A stretch of 64,000 nucleotides of DNA from an uncultured Verrucomicrobiaceae bacterium (lineage in GTDB: Bacteria; Verrucomicrobiota; Verrucomicrobiia; Verrucomicrobiales; Verrucomicrobiaceae): contig CAZKMS010000008.1 of assembly GCA_964553805.1 (NCBI GenBank), positions 399-64,398 of the forward strand, written 5' to 3'. The notes under the pieces were generated by a model. That model was not told the DNA's origin, searched no databases, and saw only the letters and a list, made by a program, of their open reading frames with translations. Positions 1 through 7,612 of this stretch are shown here, one piece after another. Position 1 is the first letter of the stretch; each line of letters begins with the position of its first letter. The position numbers and the translations under genes are program-made.

Positions 1-20
1 GATCGAGCGTCGGCATGGTA

Positions 21-1040
21 TCAGTGGGCAGCGGGCAATTCCTTGGCATGGATCACCGGCGGGCGGCGGCGCACGGCGATGAACACCGGCGACCGCTGCC
101 GCTCCAGGCGCGGATGCGGCAGGTCCAGCCGTGTGTTGAAGGCGTTGAAATGCCAGGGGCCGTCCTCGGTGCGCACACTGTATTGCAGGGCGCGTCCGCC
201 ATCGAGCAGCGTGGCATGCTGCACCGCCAGTTTGTGGGCGATGTCGGTGACCTCTTTGACATTCATGACGCCGCCATCCCCGGAGAGGACAAAAACCACC
301 TCGCCGTTCTGCCGCATGCCCGCCAGGGAGCGGTAGGTGACACGCGGGCCGTCGAAGAACTTGTCCGGCGCATTGAAGACGTAATCGAAGACCGTGTGGT
401 TTTTCATCACGGAGGGATAAACCTGCGCGCCCTCGGTGATGAATCCCGGCACCTCGTCCAGCAGGGATTTTGGCCCGAACCAGGGCCGGCCTTCCTTGAC
501 AAAAAACACCCCGCTCCACTCTGGAAAGGCGCGGTTGACCTGCCGTCCCTCATGCCAGACCCAGCCCATCGGCTCGCCGGTCGGCTCACGAAAATTGGCC
601 GTCACCGCGAACTGGAGATCCTCCGCCAGCAAGCGCTCGCGCGCGGTCGTCCCCTCAAAACCGGGGCGATAGGTGGTGCTGAACTCGAACCGCTCCGGTG
701 AGACCACCAGCACATGCACTTCCGCGCCGTAGATCGTTTGCAGCACACGGGCCAGCTTTCCCGCCGGCCGCCGCACCCGCAGCTTTTTCCACGACAGGCC
801 GTTCTCATGATAACGCTCGACCAGCGCGCCCTGCAGTTCCAACGCCGTGGTTTGCTCCAGCGGTTTCCATTCACCGCCCCGCAACCGCACCTGCAAAGCC
901 CCGGAGCTGCCGGCCACCGACCACATCACGGCGTTGCTGTTCAGATTGAGCACCCACTCCGCCGCCACATACAGCGCGGCGCCGCCCACCAGCGCGACGA
1001 GCAGCAGCAGCTTGAGCAGGCGGGGCAGTCGTTGAATCAT
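21..1040 (-). CDS. phosphodiester glycosidase family protein (NAGPA/DUF2233-like) with N-terminal membrane anchor
   Basis: ORF 21..1328(-). The in-frame ATG at 1040 gives MIQRLPRLLKLLLLVALVGGAALYV, a hydrophobic anchor. The C-terminal stretch VFVLSGDGGVMNVKEVTDIAHKLAVQHATLLDGGRALQY resembles the NAGPA-type core. The 96 codons upstream of 1040 look non-coding. Confidence 0.55.
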   Translation of the reverse strand: MIQRLPRLLKLLLLVALVGGAALYVAAEWVLNLNSNAVMWSVAGSSGALQVRLRGGEWKPLEQTTALELQGALVERYHENGLSWKKLRVRRPAGKLARVLQTIYGAEVHVLVVSPERFEFSTTYRPGFEGTTARERLLAEDLQFAVTANFREPTGEPMGWVWHEGRQVNRAFPEWSGVFFVKEGRPWFGPKSLLDEVPGFITEGAQVYPSVMKNHTVFDYVFNAPDKFFDGPRVTYRSLAGMRQNGEVVFVLSGDGGVMNVKEVTDIAHKLAVQHATLLDGGRALQYSVRTEDGPWHFNAFNTRLDLPHPRLERQRSPVFIAVRRRPPVIHAKELPAAH

Positions 1041-1108
1041 CGGGAGCGTGTCAAAATGCGCCGCTGGCAGCCGGGCGCAAGCCTGCAACGCAGCCTGCGC
1101 AGCCGTCA

Positions 1109-1136
1109 TTGCCAATGCAGGTCCGCGCGCTATGCT
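1109..1136 (+). promoter_or_regulatory. sigma70-like promoter candidate for the FeoA-like gene (possibly a leaderless transcript)
   Basis: TTGCCA (1109-1114), 16 nt spacer, TATGCT (1131-1136). The ATG at 1143 lies 6 nt after the -10 hexamer and has no Shine-Dalgarno. Confidence 0.3.
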
Positions 1137-1142
1137 CGAAAC

Positions 1143-1379
1143 ATGCCAGCACCCGCCACGCTCGCCGAACTCCCCGCCGGAACCTCCGCCGTGGTGCGCG
1201 ATTTCCTCAGCTCGAAACCCAGCCTCACCCGCCTGCGCGAGCTTGGGCTCGTGCCCGGCGTGCGCGTCGAGGTGGTTCGCCGCGCGCCCTTCGGCGAGCC
1301 GATCGAGATCCGCCTGCGCGGCTCCCATTTTGCCATGCGCAACAGCGACGCCGCCTTCATCGCCATCGAGGGCGCCTAG
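1143..1379 (+). CDS. FeoA-family small protein (SH3-like); no feoB nearby
   Basis: 78 aa, MPAPATLAELPAGTSAVVRDFLSSKPSLTRLRELGLVPGVRVEVVRRAPFGEPIEIRLRGSHFAMRNSDAAFIAIEGA, a typical FeoA pattern. It is in frame inside track ORF 714..1379. Confidence 0.75.
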   Translation: MPAPATLAELPAGTSAVVRDFLSSKPSLTRLRELGLVPGVRVEVVRRAPFGEPIEIRLRGSHFAMRNSDAAFIAIEGA

Positions 1380-1744
1380 CCGGCGTGACGCACCACGCGC
1401 ACCGCCACATCATCCACACCAGGCAGGATGCGTTTGCGCAGGGTGACGCTGACTCCGGCCAGGCAGCCGTTTTGCAGCAGCAGCGCGGCGATCTCGCCCG
1501 CCAGCGTTTCAATCAAACAGCGCGGCTGCCCGGCCGCCAGAGCGCGCACCTGACGGGCCACCGCATCGTAGTCCACCGTGGCGGAAAGCTCGTCGTTCAT
1601 CGACTCCACCCGTGTCCTCAACCTCAGCTCCAAATCGACACGCAAGGTCTGCCAGCCTGCCCGCTCCTCGTCCGGCACGCCAATTCGCACCGGCAGCTCC
1701 AGGCCGTTGATCAAAATGCTGTCCGGGGGTGGTTCGGCGCTCAT
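1376..1744 (-). CDS. folB: dihydroneopterin aldolase
   Basis: MSAEPPPDSILINGLELPVRIGVPDEERAGWQTLRVDLEL...TVDYDAVARQV matches the FolB pattern. The ATG at 1744 overlaps the stop of the upstream gene (ATGA at 1741-1744). Confidence 0.8.
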   Translation of the reverse strand: MSAEPPPDSILINGLELPVRIGVPDEERAGWQTLRVDLELRLRTRVESMNDELSATVDYDAVARQVRALAAGQPRCLIETLAGEIAALLLQNGCLAGVSVTLRKRILPGVDDVAVRVVRHAG

Positions 1745-2799
1745 TCGGCAGGCAGCATACCACGGCGCAGGCATTCTTCCAGCAGCACGCGTGTGGGTTG
1801 ATTGAGGTCCAGGCGCAACGCCTCAGCCGGCGTGACCCAGCAGAACTCCTGCGCTTCCTCATTGAGCCGCACCTGGGGTTCAGGCAGCGGGCAGGCGGCC
1901 ACGTAATTGAGCAGCAGAAAATGCGCCGAGCGCTGAAACTCCGGCGGCTCAATGCAGTCCTGCACCAGCACAAATGCCGGCTCGAGCAACGGCAGTCCCG
2001 TCTCCTCCAGCACCTCGCGCCGCAGCGCCTGCTCACAGGTCTCACCGCGCTGAATCTTGCCGCCTGGAATGCCCCAGCGATGACTCCACTTGTGGGTGCG
2101 GATCATCAAGCAGCGCCGGCGCGACTCGTCCGTGATGAGCGCTCCCACGGTGGCCACCGGCTGCATTCCTTCCCTGGCCTGCCAGCCGCCGAGCAGCCTG
2201 GGCAATGGAGCCAAATTCCTCAGCAGCACCTCCGGCGCGGATTGCATCAGCACCGGAACCGATTCGTAACCCGTGGCCACCGCCACGCTGATGACTCCCG
2301 CGGCATGCGCGGCGTCAATGTCATGCCTCATGTCGCCAATGAACGCCGTCTCCTCCGCCGCCATGTCCAGCTCCGCCAGCAGGCGCACCAACGCTTCACG
2401 TTTGTCCACCACGCCACAGGCGGCGCGCTCAAAAAAATCAAGCACACCGAGCGCGCGCGCCTGCTTTTCAAAGTGCTCCTGCGGCGCGCTGCTGAGCAAC
2501 ACCAGCCGCCTGCCCGTGGCGGCGCCGTATTCCAGCATCTCCCGCGCATGATCGAGCAATGGCACCACCCCATCCTCGGGAAAATGGCGCAGGTAAAGCT
2601 GCTTCAGTTCGGCAATGTCCACGCCTGGCAGCATCTCGTCGTAGAACTCCGTGAATGGCAGCCGGAACCGCAAACGGAAATCCGCTTCCGTCATCGGCTC
2701 CCGGCCGAAGTGCTGCAACATGGTGTTGGTGGTGCGCAGCACGCAGGGCAAATCGTCCGCCAAGGTGCCTGACCAATCGAAGATCAAGTTTTTGATCAT
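1741..2799 (-). CDS. HAD-superfamily hydrolase / Nudix hydrolase fusion protein
   Basis: N-terminal HAD motif I is FDWSGTL; a later GDMRHDIDAAHAAG is the motif IV region. The C-terminal half has a perfect Nudix box, GKIQRGETCEQALRREVLEETGL (Gx5Ex7REUxEExGU). Confidence 0.8.
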   Translation of the reverse strand: MIKNLIFDWSGTLADDLPCVLRTTNTMLQHFGREPMTEADFRLRFRLPFTEFYDEMLPGVDIAELKQLYLRHFPEDGVVPLLDHAREMLEYGAATGRRLVLLSSAPQEHFEKQARALGVLDFFERAACGVVDKREALVRLLAELDMAAEETAFIGDMRHDIDAAHAAGVISVAVATGYESVPVLMQSAPEVLLRNLAPLPRLLGGWQAREGMQPVATVGALITDESRRRCLMIRTHKWSHRWGIPGGKIQRGETCEQALRREVLEETGLPLLEPAFVLVQDCIEPPEFQRSAHFLLLNYVAACPLPEPQVRLNEEAQEFCWVTPAEALRLDLNQPTRVLLEECLRRGMLPAE

Positions 2800-3674
2800 G
2801 CCACGCGCCGCACCCGAACCTCCACCGTCATGTCCTGCGTGCCGCGTCCGAGAAAGCGCCCGCCAACCGGCCGCACATCCGCGTAGTCGCGCCCCACCGC
2901 CAGCTTGATGTAGCGCGGATCGGACTCGCGATTGTGCGTGGGGTCAAAGCCCTTCCAGCCGTAACCCGGGATGAAAATTTCGACCCAGGCGTGAGATGCC
3001 TCGATCTCGTAGTCCTCCGTTTTGCCGTTGTAAAAGTAGCCGCTCACGTAGCGGGCTGGAATGCCGCGGCTGCGGCACAAGGCAATCATGACATTGGCGA
3101 AATCCTGGCACACACCGCGCCGGGCCGCCAACGCTTCAGCCACGGGCGTGCGCGAGTCGGTGGCACCGGGCACATACGAGAACGTGTCATGCACATGATG
3201 GCCGAGGGCCACGGCGTTTCGCCACAGATCACTGACCCCTTCGCCGATGACCGAGCGCGCCTCCTCACTGATGGCGGCCGGCGTTTGAATGAGCTGCGAC
3301 TCCACCTGAAAATCAAACACCGACACATCCACCTCCGGCGCGTCCAATGCCTTCAATGTAAGTCCCTCCGGCACTTCGCCGCGCATCTCCGCCCGGGTTT
3401 CCACGACTGCGGAGGACACAATCTCCAGCGTCTCGTGCGGCCGCATGACATCGACGTAATCGACGCGGTTGAGGAAAAAATCACTGCGGGTGATGATTTT
3501 CACCTCAGGCGTGACGCGCAACTCGAACGAGGCGCAGCGCTGCAAGGGATCGCTGATCGGGCACAGCCTCACTTCGTTATGACTCTCCAGCACTTCGCCG
3601 TGGTAGCGGAAGCGGGTCAAATGCACGACTTTCAGGGTCATGCCTTCGATGAGTTGTGGAACGGACAAGGTCAT
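2796..3674 (-). CDS. transglutaminase-family protein (N-terminal Bact_transglu_N-like plus transglutaminase core)
   Basis: RRGVCQDFANVMIALCRSRGIPARYVSGY...SHAWVEIFIPGYGWKGFDPTH shows the Cys/His/Asp core. The stop overlaps the next start (ATGA at 2796-2799). Confidence 0.8.
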   Translation of the reverse strand: MTLSVPQLIEGMTLKVVHLTRFRYHGEVLESHNEVRLCPISDPLQRCASFELRVTPEVKIITRSDFFLNRVDYVDVMRPHETLEIVSSAVVETRAEMRGEVPEGLTLKALDAPEVDVSVFDFQVESQLIQTPAAISEEARSVIGEGVSDLWRNAVALGHHVHDTFSYVPGATDSRTPVAEALAARRGVCQDFANVMIALCRSRGIPARYVSGYFYNGKTEDYEIEASHAWVEIFIPGYGWKGFDPTHNRESDPRYIKLAVGRDYADVRPVGGRFLGRGTQDMTVEVRVRRVA

Positions 3675-3739
3675 GCGGCGGCACTTGGCAGCCTGACTTG
3701 GCCGCTACTGGGAACTGGGTCAAGCAGCGGTTGCAAACC

Positions 3740-4864
3740 TTAACGCTCAACCCCGTTCTGTTGCTGCTGTTCCTGCTGCTGATGGAAGCGGATTTCCGCC
3801 TGCATGTCCACCGGCGGACTGTACATGTAGATGTCGTAAAGATATTGCGCCACTGCTGCCAGCTCCTCCTGCACCTCGGTCACAAACTCGTGCAGCCCCT
3901 GCTGAAAGACATCGTCGGCGGTGAGAAATTTCAGGCTGCTGGCGAACTTGCCAAAACGGCGCACGCCGGTGCTGTGCGTGCCGCCCTCGCGGCCTTCGCT
4001 GATGAGCATGACAAACTGCCGGAGCTGGTCCACGCAGAAAAAAATCGAGCGCGGAAAGGATGCCTGGAAGATCAAAAACTCGGCGACTTTCCATGGCAGA
4101 ATGTCAGCCACGTAAAAGCGGCGGTAGGCCTCCAGCGCGCTGGTGGAGCGCAGCACTGCCTGCCACTGGGCGGCATCCACCGCGCCACCGACATCCGTGA
4201 CCTTCGGCAGCAAAATGTGATACTTCACATCGAGCAGGCGGCTGGTTTTGTCCGCCCGCTCCAGGTATTTGCCGAACTGAATGAACTCAAAACCCTCGTT
4301 GCGAGCGAACGTGGAAACCGTGATGCCCTGGAACAAGTGGGAGAACTGCTTGATCTGATCGTAAAACTCCCCGACGTCGCCGTCCCACACCTTGCGGATG
4401 TCGTGGCGTTTGATGAAGTGGTAGGCGTCGTTGAGCACCGTCCACATCTCGCTGGAGATCTGATCACGCACCTGGCGGGCGTTTTCACGCGCATTGGAGA
4501 GGCAGCACAGCAGCGAATTTGGGTTGCCCAGGTTGAAGGTGATGAAATCCGTGACGCTTTCGCTGTCGGCGGTTTCGTAGAGCTGAAAAAAGAGATCCTC
4601 GTCACCGATGGTGCTCAAGATCGGCCCCCAGTGCTCCTTGAGCGACTCGTCATCGAGGTCGCCAAAATCGAGCAAAAGCTGCAGGTTCACGTCGAGCAGT
4701 CGGGCCACGTTTTCAGCGCGCTCCAAGTAACGGCTCATCCAATACAAACTGCCCGCCACGCGCGACAGCATGACATTGCCTTGTTTGGCGCGGGCGATCT
4801 CTTCCTTGAACATGGGAGCTACGGTGGTGACTGGCATAATGGAAGCGTTTTGATCCTGCCTCAA
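3740..4864 (-). CDS. alpha-E domain-containing protein
   Basis: [29 protein letters not shown] and a second half [23 protein letters not shown] give the duplicated alpha-E ER motif. Confidence 0.8.
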   Translation of the reverse strand: MRQDQNASIMPVTTVAPMFKEEIARAKQGNVMLSRVAGSLYWMSRYLERAENVARLLDVNLQLLLDFGDLDDESLKEHWGPILSTIGDEDLFFQLYETADSESVTDFITFNLGNPNSLLCCLSNARENARQVRDQISSEMWTVLNDAYHFIKRHDIRKVWDGDVGEFYDQIKQFSHLFQGITVSTFARNEGFEFIQFGKYLERADKTSRLLDVKYHILLPKVTDVGGAVDAAQWQAVLRSTSALEAYRRFYVADILPWKVAEFLIFQASFPRSIFFCVDQLRQFVMLISEGREGGTHSTGVRRFGKFASSLKFLTADDVFQQGLHEFVTEVQEELAAVAQYLYDIYMYSPPVDMQAEIRFHQQQEQQQQNGVER

Positions 4865-6330
4865 GCGTGATTGGCGCCGCGCGCGTTCGGCTGGCGCAGA
4901 ACCCAGGTGTCCTTGGAGCCTCCACCCTGGGAGCTGTTGACGACGAGCGAGCCTTTGCGCAGCGCCACCCGGGTGAGACCGCCTGGTGTGACCGTGACCT
5001 TTTCCCCGTAGAGAATGTAGGGCCTCAAATCGATGTGGCGGCCCTCAAAGCACTCGCCCACCCAGGTGGGATGCCGGCTCAGCGAGATGGGATGCTGCGC
5101 GATGAAATTGCGCGGCTCCGCCTCAATGCTTTTGCGAAAGCACTCGATCTCGTCCTTTGAAGCCCAGGGGCCCATCAGCATGCCGTAACCGCCGGCCTCG
5201 TTGACCGATTTGACCACGAGTTTTTCGAGATTCTCCAGCATGAATTTCCGGTCATCGTCCTCGTAGGCCATGTAGGTGGGCACGTTCGGCAGGATCGGCT
5301 CCTGATCGAGATAGAACTTGATGATCTTCGGCACAAAACAGTACACCGCCTTGTCGTCGGCCACTCCGGTGCCAACCGCATTGGCCAGCGTCACATTGCC
5401 CGCGCGCGCGGCATTGAACAAACCGGGCACACCCAGCAGCGAATCCTCGCGAAACTTGGAGGGATCCAGGAAATCGTCATCGATGCGGCGGTAGATGACG
5501 TCCACGCGCATCAAACCGGCGGTGGTGCGCATGTAAACTTTTTGATCCCGCACCACGAGATCACGGCCCTCCACGATCGGGATGCCCATTTGCCGGGCCA
5601 AAAAGGCATGCTCAAAGTAGGCGCTGTTGAAAACGCCCGGCGTCAGCAGCACGACGGTGGGGTGGTCATCGCCGCCGAAGGTTTCCGGGGCGGCGTATTG
5701 CAGCGCTGCCAGCAAGTTTTGCGAATAACCGCCCACCGGCAGCGGCTTGACCGACTGGAACAGATCCGGAAAGGCGCGCTTCAGCGCGGCGCGATTCTCC
5801 AGCATGTAACTGGCGCCGGAGGGACAGCGCAGGTTGTCCTCAAGCACAAGGTAACGGCCCTCGTGATCGCGAATGAGGTCGGTGCCGCAAATGTGCACGT
5901 AGATGTCCTTGGCCACGTTCATGCCGGCGCATTCCCGGCGGAAGTGCTTGGCGCCCAGGATGTAGCGCGCCGGAATCACCCGCTCCTTGAGGATGCGCTG
6001 CTCGTGATAAAGATCGTGCAGAAAAAGATTGAGGGCCGTGATGCGCTGAATCAGCCCTGCCTCGATGTGCGCCCACTCTTCAGCGGAGATGACGCGCGGC
6101 ACGCAGTCGAAAGGAAAAATCCGCTCGGTGCCCTGGTCGTCTGAATACACGGTGAAGGTCACCCCATGGCGCATGAAGGAGGCGTCCACAGCGGTCTGCT
6201 TGTTGCGATATTCGTCGGTGGTGACTTCATTCAAGCCGGCCGCCACTGCCTCGTAGTGCGGCCTGATTTTACCATCCACCCCGACCATCTCGTCGAAGAA
6301 GTTTTCCGTCTGGTAGTTTTCCAAAAGCAT
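4861..6330 (-). CDS. circularly permuted type-2 ATP-grasp protein
   Basis: 489 aa, with ...[24 protein letters not shown]...[20 protein letters not shown]...[17 protein letters not shown]... This is the usual partner of alpha-E and transglutaminase genes. It has a 4-nt overlap with the alpha-E gene. Confidence 0.85.
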   Translation of the reverse strand: MLLENYQTENFFDEMVGVDGKIRPHYEAVAAGLNEVTTDEYRNKQTAVDASFMRHGVTFTVYSDDQGTERIFPFDCVPRVISAEEWAHIEAGLIQRITALNLFLHDLYHEQRILKERVIPARYILGAKHFRRECAGMNVAKDIYVHICGTDLIRDHEGRYLVLEDNLRCPSGASYMLENRAALKRAFPDLFQSVKPLPVGGYSQNLLAALQYAAPETFGGDDHPTVVLLTPGVFNSAYFEHAFLARQMGIPIVEGRDLVVRDQKVYMRTTAGLMRVDVIYRRIDDDFLDPSKFREDSLLGVPGLFNAARAGNVTLANAVGTGVADDKAVYCFVPKIIKFYLDQEPILPNVPTYMAYEDDDRKFMLENLEKLVVKSVNEAGGYGMLMGPWASKDEIECFRKSIEAEPRNFIAQHPISLSRHPTWVGECFEGRHIDLRPYILYGEKVTVTPGGLTRVALRKGSLVVNSSQGGGSKDTWVLRQPNARGANHA

Positions 6331-6476
6331 ACGGGTTGGCGGACCGGTTGAAAGCCCGACAAGTCACTTAGCAGGAGTCGGGCCAGTTTCCAAGACCGTT
6401 GTGCGACACTTCACACGAACGGCATCGTCACCTTGACTTGGCCCGCCAACCGCGGACACATGCCCCGCCTACCCGC

Positions 6477-7115
6477 GTGATTCGCCTCGAAAACATTTCC
6501 TGGAAAGCCGGCCCCTTCCAATTGCAGAACATCTCGTTTGAGGTTCCGGCCGGTTGTTATGCCGTGCTGATGGGACGCACCGGCAGCGGCAAAACCTCGC
6601 TGGTGGAGATGATCTGCGGCCTGCGCGCTCCGGATGCAGGCCGCATCTGGCTGAATGGCCGCGACGTCACCCAAACGCCGCCCGGCCGCCGCGGACTGGG
6701 TTTTGTGCCTCAAGACGGCGCGCTTTTCCCGACGCAAACCGTCTCCCGCCAGATCGGCTTTGCGCTGCGCATGAAAAAGGCGCCTGCCGGCGAAATCGAT
6801 TCCACCGTGCGCCGCCTGGCGGCCGAAATGAGTATCGGACACTTGCTCGAGCGCAAACCCGCCGGTCTCTCCGGCGGCGAAAAACAGCGCGTTGCGCTGG
6901 CGCGCGCCCTCGCGGCCAATCCGGGGGTGCTGCTGCTGGATGAGCCGCTTGCCGCTGTCGATGAGGACACCCAGACCGGCCTCATCCAGCTTCTGCAACG
7001 CACCCAGCGCCAGCATGGCATCACCGTGCTCCACGTCACCCACTCCCGGCGCGAGGCCGAAATGCTCGCAGACCTGCGACTGCGCATCGAAGATCACCGC
7101 GTGGTTGCCATTTGA
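6477..7115 (+). CDS. ABC transporter ATP-binding protein (ModC/CysA-like); no permease gene adjacent
   Basis: Walker A GRTGSGKTS, signature LSGGEKQRVALARAL, Walker B LLLDEP. The track ORF opens at TTG 6399. GTG 6477 (VIRLENISW) fits the usual N-terminus, but the start is uncertain. Confidence 0.8.
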   Translation: MIRLENISWKAGPFQLQNISFEVPAGCYAVLMGRTGSGKTSLVEMICGLRAPDAGRIWLNGRDVTQTPPGRRGLGFVPQDGALFPTQTVSRQIGFALRMKKAPAGEIDSTVRRLAAEMSIGHLLERKPAGLSGGEKQRVALARALAANPGVLLLDEPLAAVDEDTQTGLIQLLQRTQRQHGITVLHVTHSRREAEMLADLRLRIEDHRVVAI

Positions 7116-7189
7116 CAGGAAGTGGCCTGTTCTTCGCGTCCCCGCGTTGACCCGGCCCGACTTTGCGCCAAATTGGCAGCCCCCAAGCG

Positions 7190-7612
7190 ATGAATCCCCT
7201 CTTTGCGCAAGCCGTCCAGCACGCCCTCCAGCGTGATGAACGCTACCGCCCGGAGGCCTACGAACTGGTGCGCCTGGCGCTGAATCACGCCGCCGAGTTG
7301 TTTCGCAAGGACCAGGAGGACCAGCACGTCACCGGCCAGGAATTGCTGGAAGGTTTTCGCCAGTATGTGCTGAAGGAATTCGGACCGATGAGCCTCACCA
7401 CCCTGCATCAGTGGGGATTGACCGAAGGCCTCGATGTCGGCCACGTGGTGTACAATCTGATCGAGGTCGGCTATTTCGGCAAAAACGACGGCGACTCCCT
7501 GGAGGACTTTGGCGGCGGCTACGACTTCGAACCCGCCTTCATCGAGCCCTTTCTGCCGCGCGCCGCCAGTCAAACGTGCAATGGCACGTCCCCTTCCAAC
7601 GATCCCTCATGA
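7190..7612 (+). CDS. Minf_1886-like conserved PVC-group protein of unknown function
   Basis: YRPEAYELVRLALNHAAELF...HVTGQELLEGFRQYVLKEFGPMSLTTLHQWGLTEGLDVGHVVYNLIEVGYFGKNDGDSLEDF matches my recollection of this family. The stop overlaps the next start (ATGA at 7609-7612). Confidence 0.6.
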   Translation: MNPLFAQAVQHALQRDERYRPEAYELVRLALNHAAELFRKDQEDQHVTGQELLEGFRQYVLKEFGPMSLTTLHQWGLTEGLDVGHVVYNLIEVGYFGKNDGDSLEDFGGGYDFEPAFIEPFLPRAASQTCNGTSPSNDPS

